Numbered from the stretch's first letter, positions 11,842 to 26,533 are shown. The stretch: DNA of 64,000 nt from Scyliorhinus canicula (GCF_902713615.1 NC_052154.1:80827072-80891071); one strand, 5' to 3'. The notes: generated by a model not told the origin, from the sequence alone. Numbers and translations are program-made.

Positions 11842-14800
11842 GACTTCAGGTGGTGGACATGGTGCGAGGTGTCACATACAGGGCAGCTCCTGTTTGAAGG
11901 CACAGGAAATAGCCCTTTTTACCCGATACTGGGTGAAATTTTGATGAAAAGGTGTAGCTAGAGGTTGGAGGGGTAGTTTCCCCAGGAGTGGTATGTCCGC
12001 TGGTTCCCAAACCCGACAGAAGCCACTGAGAAACCTGACCAAAGTGTTAGAGGAAACCTGTGCTGCAGTGGCTCGTGTAAGGCTGGCTGCTGGGGAAGGG
12101 CTGCTGCAAGGCTGAAGACCCAGTTGGAGCAGTTGATGGTTTTTAGTGAGGAGAAATTCTGCCAACAGAGGAAGGACATGCGGGAGGAACGCCCGAAGGC
12201 CATCGAAGGAGCTGCAGCATCCCTGAAGAGTTCATTAGAATGGCTGGAGATGTGCAGGGCTGGCAGATTCCGGAGATCGAAGGAGTGATCTCGGGCCACA
12301 GTGATCGTGTGTGCGTCTGGAGGCGGAGCTGGGGCTCCTGGGGGAACCTGTGTAAAATTTCTAGGGCAAAGATGGAGGGGCAGGAGGGGTCAAATACCTC
12401 GAGAGGGCGGAACCTGCAAATAGTGGGCCTGCCTGAAAGAGTGGAAGGTGTAAGTGTCACGAGGTACGTCTCGAACATGCTGGAGGGGCTGGTGACAGAA
12501 GAGGTGCTAGACAGGTCCCTGAGGCAGAAGCCTAGAGCTGGGGAGCCGCCATGGGCAGTGATCGTAAGACTCCACAAATTTGTGGAGAAAGAGGAGATTT
12601 TGCTTTGGGCCAGGGAGAAGCGTACCTACGACTGGGAGGTGAATAAGGACCAGATTTATCAGCACATCAGAGCTGAGTTCGCAAATCAGTGGGCAGGGTT
12701 CAACAAGGCCAAAGCGGTGCTGTAGTGGTGGCAGATCAGGTTCGGGGTGTTCTATCTGGCAAAATTATGGATGACGTTCGGAGGTCGGGAGTATTATTTT
12801 GAGAACCAGAAACAGCTGAAGACTTCATTGAGGAGCATAAACTGGGGAGAACTGAGTGGACAATGGGGTGCTGGCACTTCGTAATGGTTGGGAACATGTT
12901 CAAAGTGGGGATAGGGATTGGGGGATTTTTGGATTTGTTGTTTACTGTTGGGATTGTAAGGGATAAAATGTTTATGTAGCGATGGATGTTCCCATCCCCT
13001 CTCCTGTGTTATGGGACTACTGGTGTTCAGCATTTGATTGTTTGCTTTTGGGGGAGGCCTGGGATTCGGGTGAAGCCTTTGCTTGGGTAAGGGAGGGTAC
13101 AGTCAGCAGGGAGACTTCTTCCTTGAGCTGAAGAGTGGGGGGGGGGGGTGTTTGGACAGGGGCTGTCATGCTAGTAGGTGATGCTGGTGAACGGAAGTGA
13201 GGTGGTGTGGGAGAAGGCTGAGAGGGGTGGCGAGGGGGTGGGGGGCGGTGGGTGGAGGGGGAATTGGGGGAGGGCGAGGTTATTGCAACATGACAGGGCA
13301 TGAGAGATGACATGGCCAGGGCGGAGAAGGGGGACATCTGGGATGGGCTAGGTACAGGGTGGAATTAAGTGGGCGGGAGTGAAGTGAGGAAGATTGTAGA
13401 GGTGATTGGAGGTGGAACCCTCCAGTAAGGCTGGTAATGTGGAATGTGCGCTGGTTAAAGTCGCAGGTGTCCGCCCACCTCAGGAGCTTGAAAGAGGGGG
13501 TGGTCTTCTGCAGGAGACGCACCTCCTTGTGAAGGACCAGGTTAGGTTAAGGAAGGGGTAAGTCGGGGAGGTTTTTTACTCGGGGTTTGATTAGAAATTG
13601 AGGGGAGTGGCGATTTTAATGAGCAAAAAAATGGGATTTGTGAGTGCAAAGGAGGTTAGGGATCCAGGTGGGAGATATGTGACTGTGACTGGGGTATTGG
13701 AAGGGCAGCTGGTGGTGTTGGTTAAATATATGACCCAAATTCGGATGATGTGTGTTTTGTGACGGGGTTGCTGGCAGAGATTCTGGATTTAGCCACGCAC
13801 CAGTTGATCATGGAAGGGGATTTTACTTGTGTCTTAGAGCCAAGGGTGGATAGGTCGAGCTCCATGGCGATGGGTAGGGTATGAATGGCAAGGAAGCTGG
13901 GGGGGGGGGAGGGATCATGGAAAGGATGGGTATGGTGGATCCATGGCGTTTTCAGAACTCAGGGAGCTCAGGGGGAAGGGTGTATTCCTTTTTTTCACAC
14001 GTCTATAATGTGTATTCGAGGATTGATTACTTTGTAGTGGGTTGGGAGATTTTGCTTGGGGTGGAGGGCGCAGAATATGTGGGGATAGTTATCTCGGACC
14101 ATGCTCCCCAATGGCTGGAGATTCAGTTTAGATCGGGATGACGCCGGGGCAGAGATTTGATTCATGGTTGTTAATGGTTTTCGTGATAAGGTGCGGGGGC
14201 AATTAAGAAGTATGTAGAGTTGAATCAGAATGCGGAGGTGTGGGCCTCCATATTGTGGGGCGCCCTGGAGCCAGGGGTTAATGGGGAAATTAGTTTGTTT
14301 AAGGGTCATGCAGATAGGGAAAGGAGGGAGGAAAATAACCGTCTAGTGAGCGAGATAGTGGAGGTGGACAGGCAGTATTCGAGGGTGCGGAGGGATTTGC
14401 GAGGAGGAAAACGTTGCAGGGACAGTTTGACAGGCTGACAATGGGTAAGGAAGTAGAGCAACTGCATAGGGCAAGAGGGGTGCAATGGGGAGATGGCTGG
14501 TGCAGCAGCTGTGGAGGCAGACTGCATCCAGAGAAACATTGCAGATACAGACTTGGGCTGGAGATGTGGTGTCAGAGTCGAGGAATATAAACAAGGCGTT
14601 TAGGGAATAGTACAAGGGGCTGTACGAGGCGGACACAGGGGAGTGGAGGGAGACATGGGGCAGTTTCTGGATCAGCCGGACTTTCCCCAGGTAGAGGAAG
14701 CAAAGAGGCTTTGGAGGGGTCTTTGGGTCTGAGGGAGGTGCTGGATACTATCAGGGGTATGAAGTCAGGGGAAGCCCCAGGGCCAGATGGGTGCCCGACG

Positions 14801-17460
14801 GAATTTTATAAGGATTTTGTGATGGACCTGGCACCATATCTGTTGGGGGCACTTAATGAAAAGCTGGAGAAGGGGAAGCTGCCTGTGACCATGACGCAGG
14901 CAATAATCAGACTAATCCCGAAAAAGAGGAAGGACCCGGTGGAATGTGATTCGTATAGGCCCATATCATTATTGAATATGGATGTGACAGTATTGGCTAA
15001 GTTTTTGCTGGGGAGAATGGAGGATTGTGTCCTGGTGGTGGTTGCAGAAGATCAAACAGGCCTTCTGAAGGGCAGGTAGTTCGTGGGTAATAAAAGACGG
15101 CTGTTGAATGTCTTGATGAATCCGTCAGTGGGTCTGGTACAGGAAGCGGTAGAGTCCATAGATGCGGTGAAGACATTTGATCAGGTGGAGTGGCGGTACA
15201 TGTTCTGGGTTTTTGTAAAGTTTGGGTTTGGACCGAGATTTGTGGCATGGGTGCGGTTGCTGTGTGTGGCAGCATAGTGTGAGGACGAATAATATGAGTT
15301 TGTGGAGTTTTGACTTACACAGGGGTACGAGGCAGGGGTGCCCACTGTCACTGTTATTGTTTGTGCTGGCCATAGAGCCATTGGCAATGGCTCTCAGGGG
15401 GTCGGTGGAGTGGCCGGGGATTATGAGGGAAAGAGGGAGCATTGGGTGTTGATCTTTGCCAATACCCTGTAGCTGTATTTTTCATATCCGCTGGAGAGTA
15501 TGGGAAGAATTATGGGCCTGCTGGGGAGATTTGGAGGGTTCTCGGGGTATAAACGGAATGTAGGGAAAAGTGAGGTTTTCTTGGTGAATGAACTGGGATG
15601 GCTGGCAAATTTAGGGAGGATACCATTTACGGTAGTGAGGGATAGGTTTAGGTACTTGGGGATTCAGGTAGCGAGGGAATGGACGGGACTCCATAAGTGG
15701 AACTTAACGAAGCTGGTGGAGGATGCCAGGGAGGATCTTAAGAGGTGGGATACACATTGGCGGGGAGGGTCCAAGTGGTGAAAATTAATATTCTGCCGAG
15801 GTTCTTGTTCATTTTTCAGGCTCTCCCGATCTTTATACCAAAGGCCTTTTTTCGGAAATTGGACACAATCATTTGTATGGGTGGGGAAGCTGCCGAGGGT
15901 CGGAAGGACCCTGCTACAGAGGCAGAGACAGCAGGGCGGGGTGGCATTGCCGAACCTGCTTCATTATTGTTATGCGGCAAATGTGGATAAGGTTCAGCGA
16001 TGGTGGGAAGCAGAAGGGGTAGTATTGACTAGATGCACGAAGAATCATGGAAGTGGTCTCATTTGAGGAATATCGTGACGGCAGCATTGTCAATGGCTCC
16101 GAGTAGGTATTCCCGGAGCCTGATGATGTAGTCCACGGTGAAGATATGGAATCAGTTGAGGAGGCATTTAGGGTGGAAGAGATGTCAGTATTAATGCTGC
16201 TGTGTGAGAATCATGGGTTTGAGCAGGGAGGGGCTATGGATAGTGTATACAGGAGGTGGAGGGAAGTAGGGCAGGCCAAGTTGAGGGATCTGTATTTGGA
16301 GGAATGGTTCACCAGTCTGGAGGAGCTAAGGGTGAGGGTAGAGCAGCCAAGGGTGATTGAGTTCAGCAATCTGCAGGTTAGGGCCTTTGCGCAAAAGGTT
16401 TGGGGAGGTTCCCTAGGTTGCAGGAATACAACTTGGTGGAGTGACTGCTGCTTCCGGATGTGGAAGGGGAGGGAAGAATTGGGGATATATACAATTGGCT
16501 GGGGGGGGGGGTGTAGGGAGGTGAACGGGTGGTGAAGGTCAAGGCGAAATGGGAAGGGGACTTGGGAGGGGAGATAAATTGGGGGAGTATTGAGTGAGGC
16601 AGTACGTAGTGTAAATGGGATCTGCTCCTGTGCAACGATGAGCCTGATACAGTTTAATGTGGTGCACAGGGTGCATATGACTCGGGCAAGAATGAGTGGG
16701 TTCTTTCAGGGAGTAGCAGATGATTGTGAGAGGTGTGGGCGGGACCAGTGAATCATGTGGGCATATTTTGGGGTTGTGAAAGATTGGGAAGATTCTATGC
16801 GGGAGTGTTCACTGCCTTGGCCACGGTAGTGGAGGAGGAGGTGGACCCAGACCCTTTGGTGGTGATATTTGGGGTTTTAGAGAAGCAAGAGATCAAAGCA
16901 GGCAGCTCGCGAGTAATATAAGACGGCTGTTGAATGTCATGAAGAATCCGTGAGGGACTCTGGTACGGGCGGTGGTGGATGAAGTGAGGACTTTAATCGG
17001 GTGGTAGCGGCTTGGTTGGGTGACCAGTACGACTAGCTGCGGTTGGAGATGATAAACATAGAACATACAGTGCAGAAGTTGGCTATTCGGCCCATCGAGT
17101 CTGCACCGACCCATTTAAGCCCTCCCTTCCACCCTATCTCTGTAACCCAATAACTCCTCCTAACCTTTTTGGTCACTAAGGGCATTTTGTCATGGCCAAT
17201 CCACCTAACCTGCACATCCTTGGACTGTGGGAGGAAACTGGAGGAAACCCATGCAGACATGGGGAGAACGTGCAGACTCCGCACAGACAGTGACCCAGCG
17301 GGAATGGAACCAGTGACCCTGGCGCTGTGAAGCCACAGTGAAGAAGGGAAAAGCGTTGTACAGACTGCAGTGTTGATTAATGGAAGTATGTTTCCCAGGG
17401 TGTTTATGTGCTGTAACCTGTTTTTATACATGTTTGTAATAAAATACATTAAAAAAACAA
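11842..17460 (+). mobile_element. Full-length but decayed L1-clade LINE (ORF1, APE endonuclease, RT)
   Basis: ORF1 motif NLQIVGLPERVEG..VIVRLHKF; APE SRIDYF..SDHAP; [25 protein letters not shown]; A-rich 3' end; homologous to the L1 at 48135-53870; many stops and frameshifts. Confidence 0.92.
17056..17340 (-). mobile_element. HE1/V-type SINE inserted in the L1 3' region
   Basis: Reverse complement of the SINE consensus with a (TTCTATG) tail. Confidence 0.8.
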
Positions 17461-17880
17461 ACACGCCATGCTGCCGCACACAGACGCAAGCTCTGTGCAT
17501 ACTCATTGAAAACGTATCTAAACGTATTAATGTGCATGCATTATCAAAAAGGTCAATAGATCAATAAGAAATGAAACCGTCTTGGGAGACTCAGAGGAAC
17601 AAATTCATTACTTTGCTGCCTTTATCTGAATCCACCAAACACTTTGTGCTTTATCATCAAACCCTATCCCTATGTTCATGATTCAGTGCACATGTCACTT
17701 TATGCATTTTCGAGCATAGTTACAACCTTGTGAGAAAGCAAGTGGGCTCACAGTTACGTCCAATATGCGAATTCTGCACATAAGAAGCAGGTCATAGCTC
17801 CATATGAATATAATGTATCTAACTGACAGCATCATCCAGGATGATAGCTGTGGCCTAAATTGGTGTGCCATTCTTGCAGA

Positions 17881-18106
17881 TTAAAAAAAAACATTAGAGT
17901 ACCCAATTCATCTTTCCAATTAAGGGGGAATTTAGTGTGGCCAATCCACCTACCCTGCACTTCTTCCAGGTTGTGGGGGGTGAAACCCACGCAGACACGG
18001 GGAGAAAGTGCAAACTCCACATGGACAGTGACCCAGGGCCGGGATTCGAACGCGGGTCCTTAGCGCCGTAGGCAGCGATGCTAACCACTGTGCCACCATG
18101 CTGCCC
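17881..18106 (-). mobile_element. HE1/V-type SINE
   Basis: Reverse complement of GGGCAGCATGGTGGCACAGTGGTTAGC..GGGTACTCTAATG. Confidence 0.85.
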
Positions 18107-18556
18107 AGTTGCAGATTTTAATGTATATCGATAGCATGACATATCTAGAATGTGTACTTTGCAAACAATAGAAGTACACTCTGCATACGAATTAGCTGTA
18201 AGGCAGTTGAGATACAGGGATGTCTCTTGCTGTAAAGTTTTGGAACGCAGGGAGACATTTGAGTATATATTTAGCTTGCAGCCACTGACAGTGAGATACG
18301 AGCAGGTGGATGCTTAATTCATCTGCAGCCAAGCACATCTACAGTGATTGTCAGTTTTGCAAAGAAAACTTAGTTTCAACCTAATTTCAGAAATATCAAG
18401 GGTCAGAACATTTTGATGCAAACCTTGATAATTATAGGAGCAATTTCTTACTATTTGGTCTATTAACTATTTTGCCATTTGAGGTTCTGACCTAGACGAC
18501 AAGAATGCTTAATGCGGATTGTCTTTGGAGCCTCAGACGAAACACAGAACTTTCAA

Positions 18557-20030
18557 ATCATAGAATCACTACAGTGCAGAAGGAGGCCATTCAGTCCATT
18601 TAGAGTGCACCGAGCTTTGAAAAGAGCACCCTACATAGGCCCACGTGCCACCCTGTCCCAGCAACCCAGTAAACGTTCCTTATGGTTTGGACATGATAGA
18701 GTACTTCCCCTTATTTTGAGGTTGTGCCCCCTAGTTAGTTCTGCTTTCACCCGCCAGTGGAAACTACCTGCCTGCATCTATCCTATCTATTCCCTTCATA
18801 ATTTTATATATTTCTATAAGACCCTCCCCTCATCCATCTAAATTCCAATGAGTACAGTCCCAGTCTACTCAACGTCTCCTCGTCATTCAAACCCTTCAGC
18901 TTTGGGATTAACCTATTAAATCTCCTCTGCACATCCTCCAGCGCCAGTACGTCCTTTCTCAGGTAAGGAGACCAAAACTGAATACAATACTCCAGGTGTG
19001 GCCTCACTAGCACCTTATACACTTGCAGCATAACCTCCCTCGTCTTAAATTCCATCCCTGTCGCAATGAAGGACAAAATTCCATTTGCCTGCTTAATCAC
19101 CTGTAAACCAACTTTTTTGTGACACATGCACTAGCACACCCAGGTCTCTCTGTACAGCAGCATGTTTTAATATTTTATCATTTAAATAATAATCCCTTTT
19201 GCTGTTATTCCTACCAAAATGGATAAGCTCACATTTGTCAACATTGTGTTCCATCTATTAGACACTAGCCCTTAACCTATCCAAATCTCTCTGTAGACTT
19301 CTGGTATCCTCTGCATTTTTTGCATTACCACTCATCTTAGTGTCGTCTGCAAAGTTGGACACACTGACCTTGGTCCCCAACTCCAAATCATCTATGTAAA
19401 TTGTGAACAATTGTGGGCCCAACACTGATCCCTAAGGGACACCACTAGCAACTGACTGCCAACCAGAGAAACAGCCATTCATCCCCACTCTTTGCTTTCT
19501 ATTAATGAACCAACCCTCTATCTATGCTACTACTTTGCCATTAATGCCATGCAGCTTTAGCTCATGCAGCAACCTTTTGTGTGGCACCTTGTCAAAGGCT
19601 TTCTGGAAATCCAGATATACCACATCCATTGGATCCCCGTTATCTACCGCTCTGGTAATATCCTCAAAAAATTCCACTAAATTAGTTAGGCACGACCTGC
19701 CCTTTATGAACCCATGCTGCGTCTGCCCAATGGGACAATTTCCATCCAGGTGCCTCGCTATTTCTTCCTTGATGATAGATTCCAGCATCTTCCCTGCTAC
19801 CGAAGTTAAGTGCACTGGCCTATAATTACCCACTTTCTGCCTACCTCCTTTTTAAACAGTTCTGTCACGTTTGCTAATTTCCAATCTGCCGGGACCACCC
19901 TAGAGTCTAGTACATTTTGGTGAATTATCACTAGTGCATTTGCAATTTCCCTAACCATCTCTTTCAGCACTCTGGGATGCATTCCATCAGGGTAGGAGAC
20001 TTGTCTACCTTTAGCCCCATTAGCTCGCCC
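18557..20030 (-). mobile_element. CR1 LINE, RT and 3' end (decayed)
   Basis: GNYRPVHLTSVAGKMLESII, QHGFIKGRSCLTNLVEFF, VVYLDFQKAFDKVPH, VRPHLEYCIQFWSPY. Confidence 0.92.
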
Positions 20031-22458
20031 ATCACCTTTGTTCATGTGGCCGGGGACTTCAACAAGTCCAACCTCAAGAGTGTGCTGCCAAAATTCCATC
20101 AGCACATCTCCTGTCCCACCAGGGGTGACAAGACTCTTGACCACTGCTACTCAAAAATCAAGGGCGCCTACCGTTCCATCCCCCGACTGCACTTTGGGAA
20201 ATCAGACCATAAGATGGTGCACCTTCTCCCGGCATACAAGCAGAAACTCAAGTGGGAGAATCCAGCTGACAAGGTTGTGCAGTGCTGGTCCGATGAAACA
20301 GAAGAGCTCCTGCGTGACTGCTTAGAGACAGTGGACTGGACCATTTCCTGAAATATGGACGAGTCCACTGTCTCTTTAAGAGCTCACCGACCAACTTAAT
20401 TGAGTATGCCACCACCGTCACAAACTTAATCAGCAAATGTATGGATGAATGCATGCCAAAGAAAGCAGTATGTACGTTATCCAACTGGAAACCATGACTC
20501 AATCGCGAGATTGACTCCCTACTGAAGGACCGGCCTGAGGCGTTCAAGTCAGACGACCCTCACCTATACAAGAAATCCAGGTACGACTGCCGCAAAGCCA
20601 TCCAACATGCCAAGAGAGAATATCAAACCAAGCTAGAGTCACTGACAGACCTTCGGCGGTTGTGGCAAGGATTAAACAACATAATGGGCTACAAAGCAAA
20701 GCCGAGCAGTATCTCCCGCAACAACGTATCCCTCCCTGATGAACTCAACACATTCTATGCTCGGTTCGACCAGGAAACCAACAATCCGCTGTCAAGTGCC
20801 CCAGCAGCCCATAACTCACCCACACCAACCATCACTGCTTCCAAAGTCAGATTGGCCTTCCTGAAAGTCAACCCTCAGAAGGCGACGGGCCCGGACAGGA
20901 TCCCTGGTCGTGCACTCAGAGCCTGCATGGACCAGCTGGCAGAGGTGTTCGCGGACATGTTTAACCTGTCCATACTCCATTCCGAGTTCTCCACCTGCTT
21001 CAAGAAGACCACCATCATACCAAAGAAGAACCACGCAAAGTGCCTCAATTACTACCATCCTCTGGCCCGAACTTCAGTTGTAATGAAGTGTTTTGAGAGG
21101 TTGGTCATGAAGTGCCTCACCTCCGTACGCCCAGAACGCCTTGATCCACTGCAATTTGTATACCACTGCAACCGGTCCACAGCAGATGCCAATTCCCTGG
21201 CCCTCCACTCATCCCGAGAGCATCTCGACAACAAGGACTCCTACAACAGAATCTTATTTATTGATTGAAGTGAACTCACATGGAATATTGTATGGGCGGC
21301 ACTTCATGGTCAGGTATTCCAGGTCCAGCTCTGCCTTGAACACCATAATCCCAGTCAGGCTCATATCAAACCTCCAAAACCTAGGACTTGGCTCCTCACT
21401 CTGCAACTGCATCCTCGACTTTCTGACCAACAGACCACAATCAGAAAGAAGGAACAACAACACTTCCTCCGCAATAGTCCTCAGTACCGGGGCCCCGCGA
21501 GGCTGCGTACTTAGCCCCCTACTCTACTCCCTGTACACACATGACTATGTGGCAAAATTTGGTTCCAACTCCATCTGCAAGTTTGCAGACGATACGACCA
21601 TAGTGGGCCGGATCTCGAATAACAAAGAGTCAGAATACAGGAGGGAGATAGAGAACCTAGTGGAGTGGTGCAGCGACAACAATCTATCCCTCAATGCCAG
21701 CAAAACTAAAGAGCTGGTCATTGACTTCAGAAAGCAAAGTACTGTACACACCCCTGTCAGCATCAACTGGGCCGAGGTGGAGCTTCAAATTCCCAAGGCT
21801 ACACGTCTCCAAAAATCTGTCCTAATCCACCCAAGTTGACGCTACCACCAAGAAAGCACAACAGCACCCATACGCCATCAGGAAACTAAGGAAATTTGGC
21901 ATGTCTGTCCTAGCTCTTACAACTTTTACAGATGTACCATAGAAAGCATCCTATCTGGCTGCCTCAGCCTTGTATGGCAACTGCCAGGACCGCAAGAAAC
22001 TTCAGAGGGTCGTGAACACAGCCCAATGCATCACACGAACCTGTCTCCCATCCATTGACTCCATCTACATGTCCCGCTGCCTGGGGAAAGCGGGAAGCAT
22101 AATCAAAGACCCCTCCTACCCAGCTTACTCACTCTTCCAACTTCTTCCATTGGGCAGGAGATATAGAAGTCTGGGAACACACACGAACAGACTCAAAAAC
22201 AGCTTTTTCCCCGCTTTTACCAGACTCCTAAATGACCCTCTTATGGACTGACCTCATTAATACCACACTCGTGCATGCTTTATCCGATGCCGGTGCTTAT
22301 GTAGTTACATAGTATACCTTGTGTTTCCCTATTATGCATTTTCTTTTATTCCCTTTTCTTTTCATGTACTTAATGATCTGTTGAGCTGCTCGCAGAAAAA
22401 TACTTTTCACTGTACCTCTGTACACGTGACAATAAACAAATCCAATCCAATCCAATCC
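20031..22458 (+). mobile_element. Rex1/Babar-type LINE, 5'-truncated (APE C-terminus plus RT), decayed
   Basis: VAGDFN..TLDHCY..GKSDH; MKCFERLV..LDPLQF; [22 protein letters not shown]; (AATCC)n tail at 22437-22458. Confidence 0.88.
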
Positions 22459-22639
22459 GGGTCCCTGAGGCTGTGAGGCAGCAGTGCAAACCACAGTGCC
22501 ACCTTGCCGCCACGTGGGTTACTGTTTTTAAGGCCTAATATTGATTGAAATTATGTTTATGTACTGGGGTTCTACAGTCCATTTCAGACATTGGAAACTT
22601 AGCTTGAATTTTGCACATGAAGAAGATCAGTTGGTTTTG

Positions 22640-24240
22640 TGGTAGACTTTACAGTCTGATTATGCCTTCATGGGCTAGGAGGAGCAACATGTAAGTTGTA
22701 TCGATCAAATAAATTATTGGCTGGCTGTAAGTGAAATTTTGACAGCTGGAATTTGATTTAGGAAAGTGTGAGTACAAAGACCAATACAGCACAGTAATAA
22801 GCCCTCCGGCCATCCAAGCCTGTACCGGTCATGATACCACCTTGGCCAAAACCCTAAAGAACAAAGAGCAATACAGAACAGGAACAGGCCCTTCGGCCCG
22901 AAGGCTATCCATTTCGGCCGAAAACTAGAAAAGCAAATTATTATCTAAATTGAAGGCAGATCCAAAATGTATCTGGGAGAGGAATCTGGGTATTTTTGTT
23001 CATAAATCGCAGAACATCGGTATGCAGTTGCAGCTTGCAAGTAAAAATGCAAATGGAATATTAGTGTTTATTGAAAAAGGACTGGAGGATACAAGTAGAT
23101 AAGTGTTGTTCCAATTGTATAGGGTCTTGGTGAGACCACATCTGGAGTATTGTGCCCAGTTCTGGTCGCTTTATTTGAGGAAGTATGTGATGACATGGGA
23201 GGCAGTTCAGAGGAGATTTGCTCGATTGATTCCGGGATGAAAAGGTTGATGTTTAAATGAGGGGGTGATTTAGCACAGTGGGCTTAACAGCTGGATTATA
23301 ATGCAGAACAATTCCAGCAGCGCGGGTTCAATTCCCATACCAGCCTCCCCGAACAAGTGCCGGAATGTGGCGACTAGAGGCTTTTCACAGTGACCACATT
23401 TGAAGCTTACTTGTGACAATAAGCATTTTTCATTCACGTATGTGGAAAGGTCAGATAGGTTGTGCATATACTCGCTGGAGTATAGAAGGAAGAGAGGGGA
23501 TCTGATCCAGGTCTTTAAGATACTAAAAAGGATTGGCAAAGTAAACGTAGACCAAATGTTCCCCCCTGTTGGGAAATCTAGACCAAGAGGTCAGAGATAT
23601 AGGTTGAGAGGTGGTAGATTTAGAACTGAGGGGAGGAGGAACTACTTCTCGCAGAGAGTGGTGAATATGTGGAACTCATTGTCCCATCGTGTGGTGGAAT
23701 CTCAGTCACTAAATGGTTTCAAGAAGGCCATACATACATACAATTTACAGTGCAGAAGGAGGCCATTCGACCCATCAAGTCTGCACTGGCCCTCGGAAAG
23801 AGCACCCCATTTAAGCCCACACTTCCAACTTATCCCGATAACCCAGTAACACCACCTAACCTTTTTGAACACGAAGGGCAATTTAGCATGGTCAATTCAT
23901 CTAACCTGCACATTTTGGGGCTGTGGAAGGAAAGCAGATCACCCGGAGGAAACCCATGCAGACATGGGGAGAACGTACAGACTCCGCACAGACAGCGACA
24001 CAAGCTGGGAATCGAACCTGGGACCCTGGAGTTTTGAAGCAACTGTGCTAAGCACTGTGCTGCCGTGCTGCTATGATAGATACATTTCTGGAAAACAAAA
24101 CGGGTTAAAGGGATATGTGGAACAGGTAGGAAGGTGGATTTGAGACCAGGAAGAGATCAACCATGATCTGATTGGATAGCGTAGCAGGCTTGGAGGACTG
24201 AATTGCCTACTTCTCCTCCTAATTTCTATGCTTCTATGTA
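22640..24240 (+). mobile_element. CR1 3' fragment interrupted by SINEs (23262-23432 +, 23735-24065 -)
   Basis: VRPHLEYCAQFW-like, YSLEYRRKRGDLIQVFKI, RNYFSQRVVNMWNSL. Confidence 0.8.
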
Positions 24241-25529
24241 CCGATGTAATCTCTGAAGTGAAATAATTAATTGGAGAAGCATATGTTAACATTGCGAGGA
24301 GAGGACTCAATACGAAGCGATTGTTTGATTTTGACTGTTTTCGTTTTTTGTATTAATTCTATCCACCTCCCCTTTTCTCTTTTCGCCGTCTTTAATAGCA
24401 ATATATGATCTGCTGTTGTGTCTCGAATAATAGAGTTTCAACTATTGGGTTTAGAGATTGTCGCAGATTGATAACGCTATTGTTTACAGCAAATTTAAAA
24501 GTGCTAATCGCAATACAACACCCACGTGTTACTTGGACTTGACGCGCAGTTGATGCAAAGTATGGGCAGTATGAATCTTATGGTCCACACTACGGCTATG
24601 TAAGGAGGCGGAGCATCTTCTTACCAAACTTCTTGAACACTCGAAAGGCTTATTGGAAGCACGCTCTGCCCTACAAGGTACTGACGCCGAACCCAGTTCA
24701 CCCTTTCAGCTGACTGTTTCTATGCAAGGATCACGCAATATAAACGCTGCTCTGTCCGGCCTTTTTGACACAACGTTAAAATCGGGAGCTGAAGCCCAAA
24801 TGTTGTTAACAAAAAGCTCATCAAAATACAGTACATCTTATCTCCACTTATTAGGAATGTCTTCAGTTAGGCAGAATGGGTAAAGCTAAGACGCAGATAA
24901 GTCTAAACCTTTGAACATGCAGCTTTATCTGGGAGCTCACTTGACGCATTCTCTGTCTACGAGATAGCAACCACAATTCCCCTGTTACAACATTTAATTG
25001 TCTCTTCAATTATTCCAGACTATTGTCTCCATTTCGGTTCCTCAAGTCCACTTTCATCATGAATCAACCTCTGCGTGACGAAATGTCTTTCATCTGTTGC
25101 TCTTAGTATCTGGCTGGCATTTGCAAGGCTGTACAGGCTGGTTATGTCTTTTCTAGAATGCTACATGGTTAGCGAGGAAACTTTATAGATGTGGAATTGT
25201 AATGCTTCCCCCAGTCAGTATTGAGTGATGCTTGCAGAAGAGATTGTAGGTCATTGCGTGCTCTTGACTTTGCTGTTCTCATCCTGCTCGTTGGCGGGAA
25301 GCGAAATGCTGTGACACGTTGTCCGGATGATCGCCTTTACACAGCCTGTAAAGTAACTTGTGTCCTGTACCCTAATGCTGTTCTGAATTTCCATCACGAT
25401 GCGTGTTGTACAGCGCCTTGTACAGTCCAGCAAACAGCTACTTTCAAACAATCAGCCTGAAATTTCACAATCGTGTATATTCGCTTAGTTTAAATAAATA
25501 TCCCAAACTTCATAATCTGCGAATGTTAA

Positions 25530-25735
25530 ATGTAAATAATCCTTATTGTCACAAGTAGGCTTACATTAACAGTGCAATGTCATTACTGTGAAAAGCCCCT
25601 AGTCGCCACATTCCGGCGCCTGTTCGGGTACACAGAGGGAGAATTCAGAATTGTTAGCTGGTACGGAATTTGAACCGCGCTGCTGACCTGTATTACAAAC
25701 CAGCTGTCTAGCATACTGAGCTAAACCAGCCCTTT
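25530..25735 (-). mobile_element. Short tRNA-derived SINE
   Basis: Same family as 8005-8190. Confidence 0.8.
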
Positions 25736-26533
25736 GGACACACTACCCTTGTTAAACGACTTTGTCAATAACACACTGAATTCTTTAGCGAGGGTCAGTT
25801 TTGACAACAATGTGCTGTTTCATTGGTATTGGACGCCTTTATCTTTCCTGGAACCGTATGGACATGGTTGTTACTAAACAATAGCTGATTATTCAGCGTT
25901 CACGTTGTAACAATGATAATCAAAGTGTTTACCAAATATTTTCTGGAAAATACATTGGTGGCAACGATTTTCATTGGTGACAATGTCACTATAATTAACA
26001 CTGTTTGTAATATTGCGCGGGAAGCAATTTTTGTCCATTGACAGCTCTGGAGTGCCTGTTCAGTGCAAGGACGTTATCAATTGAACATGCCCACAGATCT
26101 TGACAGATTCCTAGCTCTTGGATACAGGTAGGCAGAGCAACAGCCCAATTGTTAAGTTTCTCACCTAACAATTGTTTTTATTCTCATTTTCGGTCTCTTT
26201 GCCCCTCATACCATACATTTTCTAAATCATGTGACTCCGACTTTTTCCCACTTTTCCCGCTGTTATGCCGTGAATGTATTAACTAGGAAGCTCGACCTGA
26301 TTCCGACAGACAGTTGAGTTTAATACTTGCTCCTCCTGAAGTCTTTCAAACGCTGCTCCTTCTTTGCTTTATCTGATAATGGCAGCGATTATTATTATTA
26401 TTGTTGTTTCTTTATAAGTCGAATTCCTATCGATAATAACGGTATCCTGATTTATCTTGCATTCTACCTTCCGCTTTGCAACCCCAACACTCAATGTGCC
26501 GGTGAACTGCCTTTTCTGAGCGTAAAGAAAGTT

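Noticed and set aside
25251-25451. V-domain-like words (IRVQDTSYF) on the minus strand
   Set aside because: No Cys/Trp framework; the region aligns as non-coding with 60700-60950.
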